The notes beneath the pieces are model-generated. The model was given only the letters and a program-made list of their open reading frames with translations. It did not search any database and was not told the origin of the DNA. From NCBI GenBank assembly GCA_950097015.1, contig CATNEN010000012.1:682001-746000 (forward strand): a stretch of DNA of 64,000 nucleotides, read 5' to 3'. Made by a program: the position numbers and the translations under genes. The stretch comes from Macrostomum hystrix. Taxonomy: Eukaryota > Animalia > Platyhelminthes. Position 1 is the first letter of the stretch. Every line of letters starts with the position of its first letter. Shown here in pieces: positions 1-13,116 of this stretch.

Positions 1-1247
1 GTCCTGACACTGAGTAGCTGGAGTCCTGAGACTTAGTAGCTGGAGTCCTGAGACTTAGTAGCTGGAGTCCTGACACTTAGTAGCTGGAGTCCTGAGACTT
101 AGTAGCTGGAGTCCTGACACTGAGTAGCTGGAGTCCTGACACTGAGTAGCTGGAGTCCTGACACTGAGTAGCTGGAGTCCTGACACTTAGTAGCTGGAGT
201 CCTGACACTTAGTAGCTGGAGTCCTGACACTTAGTAGCTGGAGTCCTGACACTTAGTAGCTGGAGTCCTGACACTGAGTAGCTGGAGTCCTGACACTTAG
301 TAGCTGGAGTCCTGACACTTAGTAGCTGGAGTCCTGACACTGAGTACGTAGCTGGAGTCCTGACACTGAGTACGTAGCTGGAGTCCTGACACTGAGTAGC
401 TGGAGTCCTGACACTGAGTAGCTGGAGTCCTGACACTGAGTAGCTGTAGTCCTGACACTTAGTAGCTGGAGTCCTGACACTGAGTAGCTGGAGTCCTGAC
501 ACTGAGTAGCTGGAGTCCTGACACTGAGTAGCTGGAGTCCTGACACTTAGTAGCTGGAGTCCTGACACTGAGTAGCTGCAGTCCTGACACTGAGTACGTA
601 GCTGGAGTCCTGACACTGAGTACGTAGCTGGAGTCCTGACACTGAGTAGCTGGAGTCCTGACACTGAGTAGCTGGAGTCCTGACACTGAGTAGCTGTAGT
701 CCTGACACTTAGTAGCTGGAGTCCTGACACTGAGTAGCTGGAGTCCTGACACTGAGTAGCTGTAGTCCTGACACTTAGTAGCTGGAGTCCTGACACTGAG
801 TAGCTGGAGTCCTGACACTGAGTAGCTGGAGTCCTGACACTGAGTAGCTGGAGTCCTGACACTGAGTAGCTGTAGTCCTGACACTTAGTAGCTGGAGTCC
901 TGACACTGAGTAGCTGGAGTCCTGACACTGAGTAGCTGGAGTCCTGACACTGAGTAGCTGGAGTCCTGACACTTAGTAGCTGGAGTCCTGACACTGAGTA
1001 GCTGCAGTCCTGACACTGAGTACGTAGCTGGAGTCCTGACACTGAGTACGTAGCTGGAGTCCTGACACTGAGTAGCTGGAGTCCTGACACTGAGTAGCTG
1101 GAGTCCTGACACTGAGTAGCTGTAGTCCTGACACTTAGTAGCTGGAGTCCTGACACTTAGTAGCTGGAGTCCTGACACTGAGTAGCTGGAGTCCTGACAC
1201 TGAGTAGCTGGAGTCCTGACACTGAGTAGCTGGAGTCCTGACACTTA
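1..1247. repeat. 22-bp minisatellite (GTCCTGACACTGAGTAGCTGGA), runs off the window edge
   Basis: Tandem unit read directly; variants (CTT/CTG, 4-bp TACG insertion) recur with a 426-bp period. Confidence 0.97.
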
Positions 1248-2576
1248 GATCAAACAGCAGCGTCACTATCACTCTGGATGTTGCTTCATGCATCGGTGAA
1301 CACTGGTCTTGAATTCAGAGAACAAAAAATATACTTTAATGCTGTTGTTTATTTATTTTACCACTAGTTGTTTTTAACAGCTCACTAAGAATTATTAATG
1401 AAGGCATAAAATTTATGTCACATTGATTCAGATCTTTTTCTAAGAAAAATGCTTTAAATTTTAATTTTGATTTTAATTTTAAACAATGTGATGTGCTGTA
1501 GACTGCTGAGCAGCCTCCAGACAATCCGTGATTCAGGCTGTCCTAGGTCTGTGGGAGGGCTGGGGTGTAGGTAGCTTGTGTTTCCCGTGCACATTCACCT
1601 CCGCTCGCCACCCCCTCCTCTTTCTCTCTCTCGTTCCAGCTCTGTCTGCGCACTGAGTTACATTGCACGCCATGGTGCAATCGCTTCGGTTCGGAAGAAG
1701 ACTGGCAGAATATCGCTCAAATGCTCCTACTATAAGTAGAGCACAGTCTGACGAATACGCAGGGTTGTGTTAGCATTATGGTAGCACAACTTCTCTACTT
1801 TCATGGCACTGTGTGGACTGAAATTTCTTCATGCGTTTGTGCTTACCGTTTGTGTTTGCAATTCATTTACTTTGCCTCCTGAGACTTTAGAAACTTATTG
1901 TCGAGCTAGGCCATACATAGCATTTTGAAGCTTTGTATATCGCCCGTTCGAGTATAAGGTCCACAGGGGCTAACAGGACGTAGTCCGAACAAGGAAAGCA
2001 CGAGATTACTTAGCAATCGGAGCCTGACTACCGGGTTGCTTCCACTGCGACGAAGCACCAGTGTTGAGGCCGGATACTTTCCTCTCTGAATCTAGTTCCT
2101 GTCTTGGTTATTTGCACCATTTGTGTGTGCCACGCTACCACAGGTGCAACAAATGTAATGAGACTTACAAAAAAAAAATCTGTGTCAAACTCTCAGACTC
2201 ACTCATTCGGCAAACAGTATGATCGTCAATGCATATATATCGGAGCCAGAATTTAAATTTTCTCAAACCTAGAGTTATAAATTATTAATTAATCCACACA
2301 CCTTAGTAATATATGAACTGGGGACTGTTGCAAACACTGAATACCCGACTGGACTGCACCTTATAGGATACAGGACGCGAGTGCCCACAATGATCCCAAA
2401 TCTGGGACAAGACATACAAGATGGCGTTTGAGTACAGCGGGAGTACAGTATACGGAGCATGAAGGAGTACAGAATTCCTGGCCTATATCTGATCTCCGAC
2501 GCTACCCCCATTTAGAGCCGCGCATCTTAAAAAATGCCACGGCTCGCCTGGTGCCGGGGAGACGCCCAAAGCCACA

Positions 2577-2799
2577 CCCCACGGCCCCCCGCCCCACCAC
2601 TGGCCAATGACAGCGCAGCAGGGGGAAGGCGACAGCTAGACAGGGTGAATCCGCCAGGCCGACAGCCAATCCGAGTGCAGTAAACAAGCCCCACGGCCCC
2701 CGCCCCACCACTGGCCAATGACAGCGCAGCAGGGGGAAGGCGACAGCTAGACAGGGTGAATCAGCCAGGCCGACAGCCAATCCGAGTGCAGTAAACAAG
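2577..2799. repeat. Two-copy 111-112 bp direct repeat containing GC-box, CCAAT and GTAAACAA motifs
   Basis: 2577-2688 and 2689-2799 are near-identical. Confidence 0.9.
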
Positions 2800-3513
2800 C
2801 GATTAACACAGCTACGGTTAAATGACACCTAGCAGAAAGAGAGCTTACGCAAAACATTGACGCAAAAATGAAATGCAAGACTGGGAAGAGAAACCTCTAG
2901 GGATTGAGTTTGCAAACCCCCGGTCCCAGTGTACTCATTGGGATCACAGTGACTCTATGCTCAGAGCCTTTGAGATAAGTTTTGCACCGGTTGCTTGGAT
3001 TCCGTTTCGATTTATTCGAACGCCTTTCCAAATACTCGTAGTTCACCCATTTTGGAAGACTATAAAAAACTAGGATCGCGAGATTCATAGGGAGGGGTGA
3101 ACATCAGGTCCAGACAAATAATAGTCGCGTCACGGAGTGAGTGTGCGATTGTAAGGCAACGATGAAAGCTTGAAACTCAGTAGAGGTGGAGGAAGCTCAA
3201 TCCAAGCCTCTCCTAAGTCCGCCTACTCCCTCTCAGTCTAAGCGCCAACCTCATCCACTATCCACCCCTCTCTGTCTCTCTGTCCAAACCAAGCCTAGCC
3301 CGTTCTGTGTTTGACGAGCCGGTGGGGGGGGGAGGCCGTGTAACTAGGGGAGGCAGGCTATGGACATGGCATTTTCTATGCCCAGTGTTAAATAAGCCTG
3401 TGTAGCTGGCTGTTAAAGAGCTATTGTGGTATTGTGACCGAGCAGGCTCTTTAGCTTCCACTGGCTCAGTAAGCAGCAGCAACAACAGAAGCGGCAGCAG
3501 CAGGGACATTCAC

Positions 3514-6500
3514 ATGAAATCTGAAGCACACACAGCAACTCAGATTGTGTGGGAACTCTGCTTTAAGTGCTCCTCGTGTTACACTAAACGAAAGGTGAGC
3601 TGAAACACGCAAAACTTTCTTGTAGGAGTTACTCTCCTGGGCATTTTTTACAATACTTACAAATTTTATCGATCCAAAGACCAAAAAGTACTATTGCTTC
3701 GTAGTGTCAGATACTTTGGATACTATCCATGTATAGTATATTATGGTCGGTGGTAGTGTCAGATACTTTGGATACTATCCATATATAGTATATGATGGTC
3801 GGTGGTAGTGTCAGATACTTCGGATACTATCCATATATAGTATATGATAGTCGGTGGTAGTGTCAGATACTTTGGATACTATCCATGTATAGTATATGAT
3901 GGTCGGTGGTAGTGTCAGATACTTTGGATACTATCCATATATAGTATATGACGGTCGGTGGTAGTGTCAGATGGTCTGACAGAATGGTGTTTGGTAGTGT
4001 CAGATGGTCTGACAGAATGGTGTGTGGTAGTGTCAGATGGTCTGACAGAATGTTGTTTGGTTGTGTAAGATGGTCTGACAGAATGGTGTTTGGTAGTGTC
4101 AGATGGTCTGACAGAATGGTGTGTGGTAGTGTCAGATGGTCTGACAGAATGGTGTGTGGTAGTGTCAGATGGTCTGACAGAATGGTGTGTGGTAGTGTCA
4201 GATGGTCTGACAGAAGGGTGTGTGGTAGTGTCAGATGGTCTGACAGAAGGGTGTGTGGTAGTGTCAGATGGTCTGACAGAATGGTGTGTGGTAGTGTCAG
4301 ATGGTCTGACAGAAGGGTGTGTGGTAGTGTCAGATGGTCTGAAAGAATGGTGTGTGGTAGTGTCAGATGGTCTGACAGAATGGTGTGTGGTAGTGTCAGA
4401 TGGTCTGACAGAATGGTGTGTGGTAGTGTCAGATGGTCTGACAGAATAGTGTTTGGTAGTGTCAGATGGTCTGACAGAATGGTGTGTGGAAGTGTCAGAT
4501 GGTCTGACAGAATGGTGTGTGGTAGTGTCAGATGGTCTGAAAGAATGGTGTGTGGTAGTGTCAGATGGTCTGACAGAATGGTGTGTGGTAGTGTCAGATG
4601 GTCTGACAGAATGGTGTGTGGTAGTGTCAGATGGTCTGACAGAATGGTGTGTGGTAGTGTCAGATGGTCTGACAGAATGGTGTGTGGTAGTGTCAGATGG
4701 TCTGACAGAATGGTGTGTGGAAGTGTCAGATGGTCTGACAGAATGGTGTGTGGTAGTGTCAGATGGTCTGACAGAATGGTGTGTGGTAGTGTCAGATGGT
4801 CTGACAGAATGGTGTGTGGTAGTGTCAGATGGTCTGACAGAATGGTGTGTGGTAGTGTCAGATGGTCTGACAGAATGGTGTGTGGAAGTGTCAGATGGTC
4901 TGACAGAATGGTGTGTGGTAGTGTCAGATGGTCTGACAGAATGGTGTGTGGTAGTGTCAGATGGTCTGACAGAATGGTGTGTGGTAGTGTCAGATGGTCT
5001 GACAGAATGGTGTGTGGTAGTGTCAGATGGTCTGACAGAATGGTGTGTGGTAGTGTCAGATGGTCTGACAGAATGGTGTGTGGTAGTGTCAGATGGTCTG
5101 ACAGAATGGTGTGTGGTAGTGTCAGATGGTCTGACAGAATGGTGTGTGGTAGTGTCAGATGGTCTGACAGAATGGTGTGTGGTAGTGTCAGATGGTCAGA
5201 TGGTCAGTGTCAGATTATATAGAAGTCCTTGGGTCTTATAAGCTTAAGGGGTATTGATGCAACTTCAAATAGAACAAGAAAGAACAAGTGCAGACAAATA
5301 AGCTAGCAGCATCACAATTTATTGCCAGACTGTACTAGACCAGTTCAAGAATAACAATTAATCGATAATTATCGAAATTGCTCGCCTTGAACGCCCTCAG
5401 CTTATCATCGTGCTGACGGTACTGGCCCTATCGGGCCTGCTAGTGAGCTGGTGCCATATCCACAGAGTTAAGTCTACAACCAGGATCCCTAGAGTCTGGT
5501 TTAGCCGCTACCCAAGCATTGCCTTGGCAGGAAATGAAGTTAGCAGCGGCAGCATCAGCGCTCACTTGCTGCCGGCGACAACTGCAACTAAATCGACAAC
5601 GGCAAAGCCAAGGATTCCGCTGACACCAGCGGGCGTGCCCAAGGTCATTCATTTTATCTACCGGGCCAGTGACGTCATCGAGCCGTACCGCGAGGCCCTG
5701 CGCTCCTGCGTGACCCAGAACCCGGACTGGCGGGTGGTGCTGTGGACTGACGCCGCCATCCAGGCCTTCATGCAGCGCCACTTCCCGCACCAGATCAAAG
5801 TGTTCGCAGCTTTTCCACACAAAATTCAACGCTCTGACGCGATTCGGTACCTGATCATGTACAAGTTCGGCGGTGAGTGGACACTGTCTGGTATTAATGT
5901 GTGTGTGTTCTCAGGGGTTAATGGAGTGGAATTTTGGGAGTGGAATAATCAGTATTAATCAGTATATCAGTAGTGCATAAATACGTAAGGGCTCTCTAGT
6001 CTAATTAGTAATATATTGTACTTTACCTTACCAGGATGTTTCAAACTCTGTTGGTTTGAAAGATATTTAGCTAACATATAGTTGTCTTGTGGTAGTCCCA
6101 GATTTATTCATTTTATGGTTTTCTCAAGCGTCCATTTTAACTGACTAAATCCTCATTTAAAGAAACTGCTTCTGAGTTCTAGTCTTTCCTAAATCCTAAT
6201 CATTCCAAATCCCAGGCAATCCCACAGCAGTACCTACCTGCATCTGGTGGTTCTCTGTTCTTCCCTATATCTCGCCCTCTTCCCCTTTTTTGAGGCTTCA
6301 GGTAAATTGCATTGTCTAACCTAAAGTGGATTTCACACCAACCACTGCTGAGCATCGATTGCATTGTGCAGAGCATTCCGCCTTGCCGCATTCTGCAGCA
6401 TTGTACTCAATTTAAATGCTGAAATTGCAGGCCTGTACATGGATTTGGACATGACCTGTCACGGCACCCTGCTGCCCAGTCTGGCTCCCTACAGCTGCTT

Positions 6501-9500
6501 CTTGGATTGTGAGAGGCGGCACCAGACTCAGTTCATTCACAACCGGCCTTACTCAGCAATGAACTCAGCTATGGGCTGCACGCCAGCTCACCCGTTCTTT
6601 TTCAAAGTCATGGACTTTGTGTTTAGGCCGGAAAGGACGAGGGGACCATTCTCATTTCCGCACAGTGAGGCTTGCGAACATTGACATTCTGCTATGAGGC
6701 GCTGTGTTAACTTTATCCGCAATGTTTTCCGTTGCAGCCATATTCGTCACCACTGGCCCCATGATGCTCACGCAACTCTATGACGAGTGGAACAAAAACA
6801 CCTCCAATCCCACTGTGGTTATGCTCAATGAGACCTATTTCTCGCCGAAGATCAATCCGCGCAGCGGGGTCTATGGCAACTGCAGGAGAAGTACATTCTT
6901 CTATATATATGTTGTTTTCATTAGAATGAAGTGCTAGTGAATGGTTTAGGATTGGGATGAGTTTAGACTGGGATAAGTTGGGACTGGGATGAATTGGGAC
7001 TGGGATAAGTTGGGACTGGGATAGGTTGGGACTGGGATGAGTTTAGACTGGGATAAGTTGGGACTGGGATGAATTGGGACTGGGATAAGTTGGGACTGGG
7101 ATAGGTTGGGACTGGGATGAATTGGGACTGGGATAAGTTGGGACTGGGATAGGTTGGGACTGGGATGAATTGGGACTGGGATAAGTTGGGACTGGGATAA
7201 GTTGGGACTGGGATAAGTTGGGACTGGGATGAGTTGGGACTGGGATGAGTTTAGACTGGGATAAGTTGGGACTGGGATGAATTGGGACTGGGATAAGTTG
7301 GGACTGGGATAGGTTGGGACTGGGATGAATTGGGACTGGGATAAGTTGGGACTGGGATAAGTTGGGACTGGGATAAGTTGGGACTGGGATGAGTTGGGAC
7401 TGGGATGAGTTTAGACTGGGATGAGTTTAGACTGGGATAAGTAGGGACTGGGATGAGTTGGGACTGGGATGAGTTGGGACTGGGATGAGTTTAGACTGGG
7501 ATAAGTTGGGACTGGGATGAATTGGGACTGGGATAAGTTGGGACTGGGATAGGTTGGGACTGGGATGAATTGGGACTGGGATAAGTTGGGACTGGGATGA
7601 GTTGGGACTGGGATGAGTTTAGACTGGGATGAGTTTAGACTGGGATAAGTAGGGACTGGGATGAGTTGGGACTGGGATGAGTTGGGACTGGGATGAGTTG
7701 GGACTGGGATGAGTTGGGACTGGGATGAGTTGGGACTGGGATGAGTTGGGACTGGGATGAGTTGGGACTGGGATGAGTTGGGACTGGGATAAGTTGGGAC
7801 TGGGATGAGTTGGGACTGGGATGAGTTGGGACTGGGATGAGTTTAGACTGGGATGAGTTTAGACTGGGATGAGTTGGGACTGGGATAAGTTGGGACTGGG
7901 ATGAGTTGGGACTGGGATGAGTTGGGACTGGGATAAGTTGGGACTGGGATGAGTTGGGACTGGGATGAGTTTAGACTGGGATAAGTTGGGACTGGGATGA
8001 ATTGGGACTGGGATAAGTTGGGACTGGGATAGGTTGGGACTGGGATGAATTGGGACTGGGATAAGTTGGGACTGGGATAAGTTGGGACTGGGATAAGTTG
8101 GGACTGGGATGAGTTGGGACTGGGATGAGTTTAGACTGGGATAAGTTGGGACTGGGATGAATTGGAACTGGGATAAGTTGGGACTGGGATAGGTTGGGAC
8201 TGGGATGAATTGGGACTGGGATAAGTTGGGACTGGGATAAGTTGGGACTGGGATAAGTTGGGACTGGGATGAGTTGGGACTGGGATGAGTTTAGACTGGG
8301 ATGAGTTTAGACTGGGATGAATTGGGACTGGGATGAGTTGGGACTGGGATGAGTTGGGACTGGGATGAGTTGGGACTGGGATGAGTTGGGACTGGGATGA
8401 GTTGGGACTGGGATGAGTTGGGACTGGGATAAGTTGGGACTGGGATGAGTTGGGACTGGGATGAGTTGGGACTGGGATGAGTTTAGACTGGGATGAGTTT
8501 AGACTGGGATGAGTTGGGACTGGGATAAGTTGGGACTGGGATGAGTTGGGACTGGGATGAGTTGGGACTGGGATAAGTTGGGACTGGGATGAGTTGGGAC
8601 TGGGATGAGTTTAGACTGGGATAAGTTGGGACTGGGATGAATTGGGACTGGGATAAGTTGGGACTGGGATAGGTTGGGACTGGGATGAATTGGGACTGGG
8701 ATAAGTTGGGACTGGGATAAGTTGGGACTGGGATAAGTTGGGACTGGGATGAGTTGGGACTGGGATGAGTTTAGACTGGGATGAGTTTAGACTGGGATAA
8801 GTAGGGACTGGGATAAGTTGGGACTGGGATAGGTTGGGACTGGGATGAATTGGGACTGGGATAAGTTGGGACTGGGATAAGTTGGGACTGGGATAAGTTG
8901 GGACTGGGATGAGTTGGGACTGGGATGAGTTTAGACTGGGATAAGTTGGGACTGGGATGAATTGGGACTGGGATAAGTTGGGACTGGGATAGGTTGGGAC
9001 TGGGATGAATTGGGACTGGGATAAGTTGGGACTGGGATAAGTTGGGACTGGGATAAGTTGGGACTGGGATGAGTTGGGACTGGGATGAGTTTAGACTGGG
9101 ATGAGTTTAGACTGGGATAAGTAGGGACTGGGATGAGTTGGGACTGGGATGAGTTGGGACTGGGATGAGTTTAGACTGGGATAAGTAGGGACTGGGATGA
9201 GTTGGGACTGGGATGAGTTGGGACTGGGATGAGTTGGGACTGGGATAAGTTGGGACTGGGATAAGTTGGGACTGGGATGAGTTGGGACTGGGATGAGTTT
9301 AGACTGGGATAAGTTGGGACTGGGATGAATTGGAACTGGGATAAGTTGGGACTGGGATAGGTTGGGACTGGGATGAATTGGGACTGGGATAAGTTGGGAC
9401 TGGGATAAGTTGGGACTGGGATAAGTTGGGACTGGGATGAGTTGGGACTGGGATGAGTTTAGACTGGGATGAGTTTAGACTGGGATAAGTAGGGACTGGG

Positions 9501-10146
9501 ATGAGTTGGGACTGGGATGAGTTGGGACTGGGATGAGTTTAGACTGGGATAAGTAGGGACTGGGATGAGTTGGGACTGGGATGAGTTGGGACTGGGATGA
9601 GTTGGGACTGGGATGAGTTGGGACTGGGATGAGTTGGGACTGGGATGAGTTGGGACTGGGATGAGTTGGGACTGGGATGAGTTGGGACTGGGATAAGTTG
9701 GGACTGGGATGAGTTGGGACTGGGATGAGTTGGGACTGGGATGAGTTGGGACTGGGATGAGTTGGGACTGGGATGAGTTGGGACTGGGATGAGTTGGGAC
9801 TGGGATGGGTTAGGATTTGGGAAAATTTGAGATGGGATGGGTTGGGATTACAATCTAGCAAGCCAACGCATCCAAGAATAGATCCAGCTGCCTTCCTGAT
9901 TCTGCAGTAGCTCAAGGTCTGAAGAATCGAGCCGGAGGTTTGTCTGCCAGCGAGCGAGTCTGCCTTGAGCTGCAGCAGCTAGGCTTTGAGAACAGTGACA
10001 GACTGTTCATCACCAACCGGACAGTGGCCATTCACCAGTTCACGCACCTTGGCTATCACAATCAGAATTCGCGCACCTTCAATGTACACAAGGAATTTCC
10101 ACGAGTCATGACATATGAACAACTGGAAGCAGACTCCTCCTCCTAG
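3514..10146 (+). CDS. Type II membrane GT32 (DXD) glycosyltransferase, SUR1/OCH1-like, about 392 aa, 5 exons
   Basis: Exons 3514-3594, 5401-5872, 6431-6664, 6738-6890, 9908-10146; all GT-AG, phases 0/1/1/1, total 1179 nt. Short tail ending KRK, then a TM segment, then VPKVIHFIY, WTD, RSDAIRYLIMYKFGGLYMDLD, NSAMG..PAHPFF, TTGPMMLT and AIHQF motifs. Exon 1 and the exon 4 donor are less certain. Confidence 0.88.
3701..3960. repeat. 52-bp tandem repeat x5 (intron 1 of GT32 gene)
   Basis: Units start at 3701, 3753, 3805, 3857, 3909. Confidence 0.95.
3961..5197. repeat. 33-bp minisatellite with internal hairpin TGTCAGA-TGG-TCTGACA (intron 1 of GT32 gene)
   Basis: About 37 near-identical units; shares GGTAGTGTCAGAT with the adjacent 52-mer. 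Confidence 0.97.
6950..9810. repeat. 16-bp G-rich minisatellite (TTGGGACTGGGATGAG), about 2.9 kb, intron 4 of GT32 gene
   Basis: Tandem unit read directly. Confidence 0.97.
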
Positions 10147-10166
10147 GAAGCCGCGCTCTTGTCTTG

Positions 10167-10560
10167 AGTCCCTGAGTAGTTTATGTGCTGATACAGGAGT
10201 CCCTGAGTAGTTTAGGTGCTGATACAGGAGTCCATGAGTAGTTTAGGTGCTGATACAGGAGTCCCTGAGTAGTTTAGGTGCTGATACAGGAGTCCCTGAG
10301 TAGTTTAGGTGCTGATACAGGAGTCCCTGAGTAGTTTAGGTGCTGATACAGGAGTCCCTGAGTAGTTTAGGTGCTGATACAGGAGTCCCTGAGTTGCTTA
10401 GGTGCTGATACAGGAGTCCCTGAGTAGATTAGGTGCTGATACAGGAGTCCCTGAGTAGATTAGGTGCTGATACAGGAGTCCCTGAGTAGTTTAGGTGCTG
10501 ATACAGGAGTCCCTGAGTAGATTAGGTGCTGATACAGGAGTCCCTGAGCAGTTTAGGTGC
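10167..10560. repeat. 31-bp minisatellite just downstream of the GT32 stop codon
   Basis: Unit GAGTCCCTGAGTAGTTTAGGTGCTGATACAG, about 12-13 copies. Confidence 0.95.
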
Positions 10561-11149
10561 CTATGAAGCCTTTTACATAGCCTCTAAAAACAATTGATGT
10601 GTGATCTAGTTTGACGCAGTGCCATTGAAATAAATATCTGAAATTTTTTTTGCTTTCTGTTTTAAAAGTTTCTGCATGCAATAATCAGTGTCAATGTACA
10701 ATTATCGCTTTGCAAAGGTTTCTCTGGTTGTTGTTAGTGTTTTACAAGAAATATAAGCCAAACATATTACACGCTGAACAAATGGCAATCACGTTAAGGC
10801 GGTCTGCTTGTGTAAGACTCAATTAATTTCATGCTCGGACAGAAGCACGGATAGCTCAAATCATGAATTTAATTACATTTAAAAAAAACTTGAAAATAAT
10901 AAAAAGCCTAATTGCATGTTCATGTGTACCTTTAAGTAGTATCTGATGAAAGATGCGCATGATTTGGCCAGAAATATTTTCGTAATTTTTCTAGTTAGAA
11001 AATATACAAATATTTTTTTTCTAATTTCAAGCGAAATTTTTATCTATGAGCCGAAATGGCTGCAAATGTCATTAATTTTCATTAACAAGCATTTGGATTC
11101 AATTGCAAGAGCCTAATGTGTCACGAGCTGATAGAAGTTCAAATATTTA

Positions 11150-12078
11150 TTCTGTACTAAATATTCTAATCCTGTACTAAATAATCAAATCCTGTACTCA
11201 ATATTCTAATCCTGTACTAAATAATCAAATCCTGTACTCAATATTCTAATCCTGTACTAAATAATCAAATCCTGTACTCAATATTCTAATCCTGTACTAA
11301 TAATCAAATCCTGTACTCAATATTCTAATCCTGTACTAAATAATCAAATCCTGTACTCAATATTCTAATCCTGTACTTACCAATATAATCCTGTACTTAC
11401 CAATCTAATCCTGTACTCACCAATCTAATCCTGTACTTACCAATCTAATCATGTACTCACCAATATAATCCTGTACTTACCAATCTAATCATGTATTCAC
11501 CAATCTAATCCTGTACTCACCAATCTAATCCTGTACTTACCAATCTAATCATGTACTCACCAATATAATCCTGTATTCACCAATATAATCCTGTAATCAC
11601 CAATCTAATCCTGTACTCACCAATCTAATCCTGTACTTACCAATCTAATCATGTACTCACCAATCTAATCCTGTACTCACCAATCTAATCCTGTACTTAC
11701 CAATCTAATCATGTACTCACCAATATAATCCTGTATTCACCAATATAATCCTGTAATCACCAATCTAATCCTGTACTCACCAATATAATCCTGTAATCAC
11801 CAATCTAATCCTGTACTTACCAATATAATCCTGTATTCACCAATCTAATCCTGTACTCACCAATATAATCCTGTAATCACCAATCTAATCCTGTACTCAC
11901 CAATCTAATCATGTACTTACCAATCTAATCCTGTACTCATCATTCCAATCCTGTACTCATCATTCCAATCATGTACTCACCAATCTAATCCTGTACTCAC
12001 CAATCTAATCCTGTACTTACCAATCTAATCCTGTACTCATCATTCCAATTCTGTACTCATCATTCCAATTCTGTACTG
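11150..12078. repeat. 20-bp minisatellite (CAATCTAATCCTGTACTCAC), with 40-bp dimeric variants at the left end
   Basis: Tandem unit read directly. Confidence 0.95.
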
Positions 12079-12946
12079 TCCAGTTCTATTCTTTATGTCA
12101 GCTGTGCTTCACAAAAGTGTACTGACAATTTTCATAAGAGCCATTTAACAATGTTGTTTTGCTTTTCAGATTTGCATATTTGCCTCTGAAATGGTCATTT
12201 CCTTTCCTTAGTTCAGGTGCTCGATTAGGTTTAATATAATACAAAGCTATAAGGCTTAGAGCTGGGTATAGTCAGTAATTACTGAGCCGTCTAAAAATGC
12301 CGCCTTCTAAATTGCAAGCCGCATACTTTCATACTTTCAATTTACTGCTGGCTGTTTTGCGCCAGTCATCAAAGGCACACAAAATTAGCAATATCATAGC
12401 TATAGCATTGTGTTTGACTATCAGTAAGTGACCTCAGCTCTCACTGCATAGCTTGTTAGCTTGGATAATGCCGCACGGCCAAATATTACTGCTGAAATTT
12501 GGACACATGCGCATCGTGAAAAAGGGATCGAATGAACAGATAGAGAGAGGCTAATTGGCCTGTTGCCAGTAACAACGCATAAACAATAGATATCAAAGCT
12601 GAAATCTTGAATATTGGAGAGAAGCAGAGATTGTCTGGTCACGGCATTAGTCATGCATTCGTCACCGAATGTACCTTGGCCAGTATCCCTCCGCGTCAAT
12701 AACATGCGCGGCGGCCCATTCCCTCGACTGGCCTTTTAGACCTAAACACACGCCTTACTCTGCAAGCAAACTTGCCCAAAACCAGTCGCGCTGGGTTAAG
12801 CAGCCTGTGCGATATCGATTCTAGCATGCTCTTCACCTTGAGCCCAAATTGCGCACGTCGCCTCCCTTTGTGGCCATTTCTGCTTCTCCGATAACAATTT
12901 ATCGTGGCGGTTGGGTTTCGGCCAACCCCAGAACCGGGCGTTATTG

Positions 12947-13029
12947 GCTTTTGGGGCGGGTGGCTCGCCTTGCGCTGCCAACATGCGGGTAGAACCAATT
13001 TTAGAAGTCTCTCTGGCAGCAGCTATATA
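12947..13029 (+). promoter_or_regulatory. Putative PLAC8 core promoter (inverted CCAAT, GC box, TATATA at 13024-13029)
   Basis: ATTGG and GGGGCGGG precede CTATATAG, about 90 bp upstream of the ATG at 13117. Motif inference only. Confidence 0.4.
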
Positions 13030-13116
13030 GACCACACCCAGAACCGATTCCATACGGCCAACGGACCAGTTTTCTTCAGTCTATAGTGTGACGCGAATAT
13101 TGTGTGACTCGGCAAC

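Noticed and set aside
1248-1313. Possible terminal exon after the first array (…TTAG|ATCAAACAGC…TGA)
   Set aside because: Too short, no recognisable motif, and any upstream exon lies outside the window.
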